Shown here piece by piece: positions 58,118 to 64,000 of a stretch of DNA of 64,000 nucleotides. Source of the DNA: an uncultured delta proteobacterium. GTDB lineage: Bacteria > Desulfobacterota > BSN033 > UBA1163. Within the stretch, counting starts at the first letter, position 1. Every line of letters starts with the position of its first letter. The notes beneath the pieces are model-generated. The model saw nothing but the letters and a program-made list of their open reading frames with translations, was not told where the DNA came from and did not search any database. A program made the translations under genes and the position numbers. The DNA is taken from positions 11,027-75,026 of the forward strand of contig CAWHBU010000008.1 of NCBI GenBank assembly GCA_963827685.1. Direction: 5' to 3'.

Positions 58118-59929
58118 CTATGGCTCGACAAGAGGCAACATGATACAAAAGGTGGTCTGACCTTCCTTAGACTCCACGGACATTGTCCCTCTCATATTTT
58201 TGACCAGTCGAGTGCTGATGTGGAGCCCCCTGCCTCTGCCTTCCCCAAGAATAAATCGATCTTTTTCTTCTTCCGAGATCTGACCCGTATTATTGATCTC
58301 GACCACAGCCCATGGGTCCTTGCGGTAGGACCGAATAGAAAGTTCTCCTCCTTCCTCAGGAATGGCATTGGAGGCGTTGTTAAGAAGATTATCTATCACT
58401 CTTTCAATATGAAGGGGAAAGCATCGAACCCATAAAGGAGATTCCAACTTTCGTTCAATCAATTGAATGTTCCCTCTATTCAACTCCTTCAGCGTCTCTT
58501 CATTGATTAGGAATCGCCTCTTCGATATTTCAGTTAGGTCAATGATCGATTCCTTTCCTTTCTCATGAAGGGTCAGTGCCAATTCTTGAATACGGGAAGT
58601 CTCTTTCAAAAGAATATCCAACGCCTGGTTCACTTTCTCATTCTCAGGATAGGCTCCTTCCTTAAGGATCTTCTGGACCCGTTTGGCAAAGCCTGCCACG
58701 GCAATGGCAGGGTTCTTAAAATCATGAAGGATATCGTCCATCTTCTCCAGTTTCAGCCCCTTTGTCAATTCCTTGCCAAAGAAGGTTAAGATCTCGATCT
58801 GCTCTTCTGTAAATCGCCGATGATGAGCTTGCGCATCAAAGACGAGGAAGTATTTGACGGTTTCATCCGTTCCTAAAGGAATATAAAGAACCGAATTGAT
58901 TTGCTGAGTTTCAAGGAAATGTTTGATGTCTGGGGGAAGGAGAAGGGTTTCCTTGGGATTGGTAATGAGGATATAATGGGCGTAGATCTTCTCATTTTCA
59001 AAACTACCGAAAGGCCCTGTCTGGTCCACAATCACCTTTGCATAAAGTTCTCCTTTCACAGAACGGACCTTTCCAATTCCATGTACGTTTTCCGGATATC
59101 CAGCCTCCAGGATAATGCGTTCTCGATCCTCCGTGACGGAGAAGAGGGCACACCTCTGGATCTTCATGATGTCCACCAATTCCGGAATGACTGAGTTGAA
59201 CAGATCCTTCATCTTGATCCCTTCACCCCTGGCCAATTTCTGGTAGATATGCTCCAAAATCTTGTCCTTGGTCACATTCAATTTATGAAGATAATTAATT
59301 TTCTTCAAAGCAATGACATAACCCACCCGTTTTGAAAACATCTCCGCAGTCTCGACCTCCAGCGGCGTAAACACCTTATCTTCCTTCTTATAATAGATCT
59401 GGAGAACTCCCTCTGTATCGACATCCTTAGAAAAACGGTGAAGGTAAATCGGCACGGCCAGCATCGAATGGATTCCAAGTTTTGCAACCTTCTCCTTATT
59501 CTTGTATCTCTCTTCTTTTAAGATATTGGGGACCAAGTAACTTTGACGTGTTTTGACCACCTCGCCGGCGATCGAATCTTCAAAAGGGATGATCTCCTTA
59601 TGATCTTCATTAACGCCGGGGTAAGACCCGTAAGAGATCATCTCCTTCTTTTCAGGATCGTATATCCGTATGCTTGAGGCCTCCGCACCAAGATTTTCCA
59701 CGATGGTTCTCGCTACAAGCTGGAGAATCTCCCTCTCCGTAAGGGAAGGATCTATGTCAAGGATCTTCTCGACCTGAGTGATCAATTGGTTTACATACCC
59801 GTAGAGCATTTCATCCTTGATCAGGTCGGCTACCCCCTTCACCTCTTCGAGGGAGAGGTGAATACCTTTCTCCGACAAACGAGAACTAATCGATTTAAGG
59901 TGTTTCTGGTCAATCTTCAGAGTATCCAT
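58118..59929 (-). CDS. GAF-domain sensor histidine kinase
   Basis: Two GAF-like regions, LHDFKNP, NLLNNASNA, GRGLHI. Confidence 0.85.
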   Translation of the reverse strand: MDTLKIDQKHLKSISSRLSEKGIHLSLEEVKGVADLIKDEMLYGYVNQLITQVEKILDIDPSLTEREILQLVARTIVENLGAEASSIRIYDPEKKEMISYGSYPGVNEDHKEIIPFEDSIAGEVVKTRQSYLVPNILKEERYKNKEKVAKLGIHSMLAVPIYLHRFSKDVDTEGVLQIYYKKEDKVFTPLEVETAEMFSKRVGYVIALKKINYLHKLNVTKDKILEHIYQKLARGEGIKMKDLFNSVIPELVDIMKIQRCALFSVTEDRERIILEAGYPENVHGIGKVRSVKGELYAKVIVDQTGPFGSFENEKIYAHYILITNPKETLLLPPDIKHFLETQQINSVLYIPLGTDETVKYFLVFDAQAHHRRFTEEQIEILTFFGKELTKGLKLEKMDDILHDFKNPAIAVAGFAKRVQKILKEGAYPENEKVNQALDILLKETSRIQELALTLHEKGKESIIDLTEISKRRFLINEETLKELNRGNIQLIERKLESPLWVRCFPLHIERVIDNLLNNASNAIPEEGGELSIRSYRKDPWAVVEINNTGQISEEEKDRFILGEGRGRGLHISTRLVKNMRGTMSVESKEGQTTFCIMLPLVEP

Positions 59930-60020
59930 AAATTTTGTCCCTCAGAAAAGCATTAGGTGGATCGATTCAGCATGGAGATAGCTCTCCGCGCAAGGGGTGC
60001 CTATCGGCAGGATGGACATC

Positions 60021-63000
60021 TCAAGCCGCTTGCTCCGACTTCCCCATGTGTACGAGGATCCGATGCTTGACCAGGCCCCGATCCAACGGGATCACCGCAT
60101 CCCGCAAGCGCTGGCCATCCATCTCCACCCACGACACACCTCGCTCGCAGCCTTCCGGATTCTCGACCTGGATCTCGTAGATCGCTTCACCGCGATGATA
60201 CCGCAGGTGGAAGCCCTCCCACCATCCGGGGATGACCGGATTCAACTGTAGGTGATCTCCGCGCACCTTCAAACCCAGGACCTCTTCAACCCAGGCTCGG
60301 TACATCAACGCCGCCGAACCCGTATACCAAGACCAGCCACCTTGACCGATCCGCCCGGGCAATCGGTACACGTCAGCTGCGACCACGTAGGGCTCAAGCT
60401 CATAGCGCCATACTGCTTCTTGATCACGCGCGCGCTCAATCGGGTTGAGGATGCGCAGCATTTTCGCCGCCCGCGTGCCATCCCCTCGACGTGCCAAGGC
60501 CATGGCGAACCACAGGGCGGCGTGAGTGTACTGGCCTCCGTTCTCCCGCACCCCCGGAGGGTACCCCTGAATGTATCCGGGTGACGGCTCCGACCTGTCA
60601 AAGGGAGGCGTTAAGAGCAGCACCAGACCTTCATCCTCGCGAACGAGATGGTTCCACGCTGATTCTAAAGCCTTATCCGCGCGATTTGTGTCCGCGGCTC
60701 CACTCAGACAAGCCCACGATTGGGGCAGGGAATCAATCCTCGCTTCCTTGTTCGCCGAGGAACCGAGGGGCGTGCCGTCGTCGAAGGTCGCCCGAAGATA
60801 CCACTCGCCATCCCATCCTGCTCGCTCGACACGCTGAATCAGCGCATTTCTATCTTTTTGATAGGACTGGCTTAGATCTGGCCGCCCCAGTTGCTCAGAC
60901 AACTCGGCCATACCCTGAAGCACATTCACCATGAACCACGCCAGCCAAACACTCTCCCCTTTGCCCCCAGCACCCACAAGGTTCATCCCATCGTTCCAGT
61001 CCCCTGTTCCTATCAGGGGCAAACCATCGGGCCCAGAGGTCATGCTACGCGTGACGGCTCGCTGGCAATGCTCAAATAACGTAGCGCGTTCTAACGCGAC
61101 CTCCGGTGTGATGAGGCTCTCGTGCTGGTCGCTCTTCAGCATGGGTGCGGCGAGGAAGTGGACCTCAGTGTGCAGGATGTCCACGTCGCCGGTGGTCCTG
61201 ATGTATTGAGCGACAACGTAGGGCAGCCACAGGGGGTCATCGGAGACCCGCGAGCGGACACCCGCGCCGCTCGGTGGATGCCACCAGTGCTGGACATCGC
61301 CTTCCTTGAACTGACGACCCGCCGCGAGCAGGATATGCTGGCGCGCCAGTTCGGGAGACGCGTATAGGAATGCCATGACGTCCTGCAGTTGATCACGGAA
61401 GCCGAAGGCACCTCCGGACTGGTAATGGGCGGAGCGTCCCCAAATTCGGCAGCTAAGGCTTTGGTACAGGAGCCAACGGTTGATTAGAAAGTCCGCTGCA
61501 AGCTCGGGGGTGTGCACTTCGATCGTGCCCAACAGATCATCCCACCACGCCTTCGTCTTGCCAAACATGGTCTCGAGGGCCAAACCTTGCCGGTAGGTTA
61601 GCACCAGTTCATGGGCCTCCTCCACCGAATCGGCCTGGCCCAACATGCACGTGATCTCAGCCCTCTCGCCAGGAGCCAGTTCAAGCGTAACCTGCAGTGC
61701 CGCACACGGGTCGAATCCCGCCCCCGTCCGACGTGATAGCCCGATCCGCTCCATCGCCGCGGGGCTACCCAGCGAGCCGTTGCGCCCGACGAAGGACGTG
61801 CGGTCGCCGGTGTAAGACTCCGCAGGCGGGTTGATGGCCGCGAAGGCGATCCGATCCCCGTACTCGGGGTGGTAGCGATTCCGAGCGATCAGGGCCTGGA
61901 CTTCGTCATCCCAGTGGGTCACGACGTGCATCTGGGAGGATTCGCGGTGCTCGCCCAGTGTCCACTCCACATAGTACGTCACCGACAGTCTGCGACGCCG
62001 GGAGGAGTCATTCCTCATCCGCAGCCTCTGCAGCTTAATCGGCTCTCCCCCGTTCTCATCCACTGGAACGAAGACCGTCAGCTCCTGCTCGATCCCTTGA
62101 CTGTTATGCTCGAAGACCGTGTACCCCGCCCCATGCCTTGTCCGATAAGCGGACTCTTCGCGGATCGGCGAAGGGGTTGGCGTCCAGTAGACACCGGTCT
62201 CCTCGTCCCGGATGTACACCGCCTCAGACGGTGGATCCATGACGGGGTCGTTCGACCATTGCGTCAGGCGATTGCGCTGGCTGCTGCCATACCAGGTAAA
62301 GCCAGACCCCGTTTCGCTGACCAATGTACCGAAGGTGGGGTTGGCGATAACGTTCACCCAGGGTGCAGGCGTGTGGGTGTTGGGGCCGAGATAGATTGCG
62401 TATTCACGCCCATCCGGGGTAAAACCGCCCAGGCTGTTGAAGTAGGGCAGCTCCATGAAGGGCAGCGAAGCCGAAGGCTCCCGAGGAGCACGTTTCTTAG
62501 CCATGGGTTCCGACAGCTCGGGAACCTCCACAGGCACGCCCTGGAGTAAAGTGCCGCGGGCCGCTACCAGCACCACACTCGCCGCGGCCATGAGTAGCGT
62601 CAGGTCCTCCTCCAAGATTTGATCCGCGCTGCGCAAGAAAATTCCACCAGGCTGATCCTTCCCCGTATACGTGGAATGCGCCTGGATCAGGCCCTCGAGT
62701 CGTTCACGCAACGGCTGCTCATAGCCGCCGGCCTCCTCGTTGAGGATCACCAGGTCTGCCGTCAACCCGTGCATTCGCCAATAGGTATGCGCCTGGAGCA
62801 TCTGACGGACCAGGCTGATATCCCGCGCCTCGCCAATGGTGATCAGGGCAATCGGCAAGTCGCCCGAGATTCCATAGGGCCATAAGCCGGCTTGGCCCTT
62901 GCGGTTCTCTTCGATGCGTTTGGCGGGAGGGCGCAAGAGCGGGTTGGGAAACAGCAGGTGGCTGGCTACCTGCTGGAAGCGGCGAGCTTCGTCGGGCTGG

Positions 63001-64000
63001 ATGCGAAGCAATCGCAGCTCAAGCTGGGCAGAAGCCGAGGCGAAATCCATCGCCCGATCGATTGCATGGGGATCGCTGTACTTCCCCATTAGCCTCAAGA
63101 CCTGCTGGCGTGTTTCGCCGGCGGCGAGAACCAAGGAAACCTGGACACGTTGGCCTGAACCGAGAGTCAGGCTCTGACGCAGGCTGAGGATCGGGTCCAG
63201 GACAAAACCCTGGCTGTTGCCAAGCTTCTGAAGGACCCCCATTGGATTCGCGAGCGTCCGTCCTCGGCCGATGAATCGGCGCCGGTCGGTCTCGAACTGC
63301 AACGCTTTGTCCTCGGCGTGTTCAAGCGTAAGGCGGTGCGCAACGTAAATGGGTGGGTCGTCTTCCGCGCGAGGTCGGCGGTACGCGAGGAGCGCTTGAT
63401 GTTTAGGCACCGCCTCGGTTTGGATGAATAGCTTATTGAAGGCCGGATGCTGCCGGTCTGCGTTGTGCGGCGCCAGCGAGAGTTCAACGTAGCTCGTGAG
63501 ATTGAAACGACGGGTGCGAACGGACCGATTGATCAGGGTGACCCGGCGAATCTCAACGTCATCTTCTGGCGAGACGACGACCTCCGTTTCGGTTTGAATG
63601 CCGTTATCAGCGCGCCGAAACACGGCACGGTCGAGCGTGAAGTTGGCGGAGTACGCCTCAACCTTCCCGCCGACTGGGTGATACGTGTTGGACCACAATC
63701 GATCCGAGTCAGCCTCATGGATGTAGCAGAAGGTTCCCCACGGATCCTGAGTCCGATCCGACCTCCAGCGTGTGATCTCAAAGTTGCCCCACCGACTGTA
63801 TCCCCCGCCTGCGTTCGTGATCATCAAGCCATAGCAACCATTGCAAAGGAGTTGGGTTTTGGGCGTGCTCGTATGGGGGGTATCGAATTTGCTCACCGAT
63901 GGGGCGACTTCGCCGACGCTCTCCGGCAAAGACATTCTTTCTCGCGTGGAGATGTGGTGCAGCGGAGACAGGATCGGGATGCGTTCATAGAGCAGGGGCT
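60021..64000 (-). CDS. ndvB: Cyclic beta-1,2-glucan synthase/GH94 phosphorylase (NdvB/Cgs-like), C-terminal part; frame continues past the window end
   Basis: HPAFNKLFIQTE, LWPYGISGDLPI, TPAPWVNVIAN, YQSGGAFGFRDQLQD, GDWNDGMN, RENGGQYTHAA, GWSWYTGSA; open to 64000 (LLYERIP). Confidence 0.9.
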   Translation of the reverse strand, partial: PLLYERIPILSPLHHISTRERMSLPESVGEVAPSVSKFDTPHTSTPKTQLLCNGCYGLMITNAGGGYSRWGNFEITRWRSDRTQDPWGTFCYIHEADSDRLWSNTYHPVGGKVEAYSANFTLDRAVFRRADNGIQTETEVVVSPEDDVEIRRVTLINRSVRTRRFNLTSYVELSLAPHNADRQHPAFNKLFIQTEAVPKHQALLAYRRPRAEDDPPIYVAHRLTLEHAEDKALQFETDRRRFIGRGRTLANPMGVLQKLGNSQGFVLDPILSLRQSLTLGSGQRVQVSLVLAAGETRQQVLRLMGKYSDPHAIDRAMDFASASAQLELRLLRIQPDEARRFQQVASHLLFPNPLLRPPAKRIEENRKGQAGLWPYGISGDLPIALITIGEARDISLVRQMLQAHTYWRMHGLTADLVILNEEAGGYEQPLRERLEGLIQAHSTYTGKDQPGGIFLRSADQILEEDLTLLMAAASVVLVAARGTLLQGVPVEVPELSEPMAKKRAPREPSASLPFMELPYFNSLGGFTPDGREYAIYLGPNTHTPAPWVNVIANPTFGTLVSETGSGFTWYGSSQRNRLTQWSNDPVMDPPSEAVYIRDEETGVYWTPTPSPIREESAYRTRHGAGYTVFEHNSQGIEQELTVFVPVDENGGEPIKLQRLRMRNDSSRRRRLSVTYYVEWTLGEHRESSQMHVVTHWDDEVQALIARNRYHPEYGDRIAFAAINPPAESYTGDRTSFVGRNGSLGSPAAMERIGLSRRTGAGFDPCAALQVTLELAPGERAEITCMLGQADSVEEAHELVLTYRQGLALETMFGKTKAWWDDLLGTIEVHTPELAADFLINRWLLYQSLSCRIWGRSAHYQSGGAFGFRDQLQDVMAFLYASPELARQHILLAAGRQFKEGDVQHWWHPPSGAGVRSRVSDDPLWLPYVVAQYIRTTGDVDILHTEVHFLAAPMLKSDQHESLITPEVALERATLFEHCQRAVTRSMTSGPDGLPLIGTGDWNDGMNLVGAGGKGESVWLAWFMVNVLQGMAELSEQLGRPDLSQSYQKDRNALIQRVERAGWDGEWYLRATFDDGTPLGSSANKEARIDSLPQSWACLSGAADTNRADKALESAWNHLVREDEGLVLLLTPPFDRSEPSPGYIQGYPPGVRENGGQYTHAALWFAMALARRGDGTRAAKMLRILNPIERARDQEAVWRYELEPYVVAADVYRLPGRIGQGGWSWYTGSAALMYRAWVEEVLGLKVRGDHLQLNPVIPGWWEGFHLRYHRGEAIYEIQVENPEGCERGVSWVEMDGQRLRDAVIPLDRGLVKHRILVHMGKSEQAA

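Noticed and set aside
60252-63781. Many overlapping ORFs within the glucan synthase gene (and likewise within the kinases, mgtA and the RNB gene)
   Set aside because: Shadow ORFs of GC-rich coding sequence with no recognisable motifs.
1-64000. tRNA, rRNA, tmRNA, integron integrase or intact HUH transposase genes
   Set aside because: None recognisable by eye; a covariance or HMM search would be needed to exclude divergent ones.

Overview
Bacterial window; gene content and small repeats suggest a Desulfobacterota/deltaproteobacterial anaerobe (inference). Scattered single-base frameshifts may be assembly errors. Left end (1-9 kb): stress-type cluster (pyruvate kinase, small membrane proteins, BON protein, Mg2+ P-type ATPase, RNB ribonuclease). 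Right end (54-64 kb): RRM/prohibitin operon, CBM48 protein, GAF kinase and the GH94 part of a cyclic beta-1,2-glucan synthase. Between them is a ~45 kb mosaic accessory region whose genes are almost all on the minus strand: two-component genes, a four-gene Sir2-HerA-ATPase-unknown operon, an ImmA/IrrE + PIN pair, a type II R-M pair whose methylase carries a nuclease-like domain, hydrolases, flavoproteins, two IS1182 and one IS3. The main unexplained structure is intergenic. Genes are separated by re-used modules: four repeat families that each carry a leftward sigma70-like promoter with an exact 17-bp spacer (14 copies), a conserved terminus motif, GGGGTC/GGGGAC-ended palindromic elements at gene-truncation points, one intact and several degenerate attC sites, an attI-like end and two IS91-like transposase tails. 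No integrase gene is in the window. No rRNA, tRNA or CRISPR array was seen. All calls are by eye; no database searches were run.
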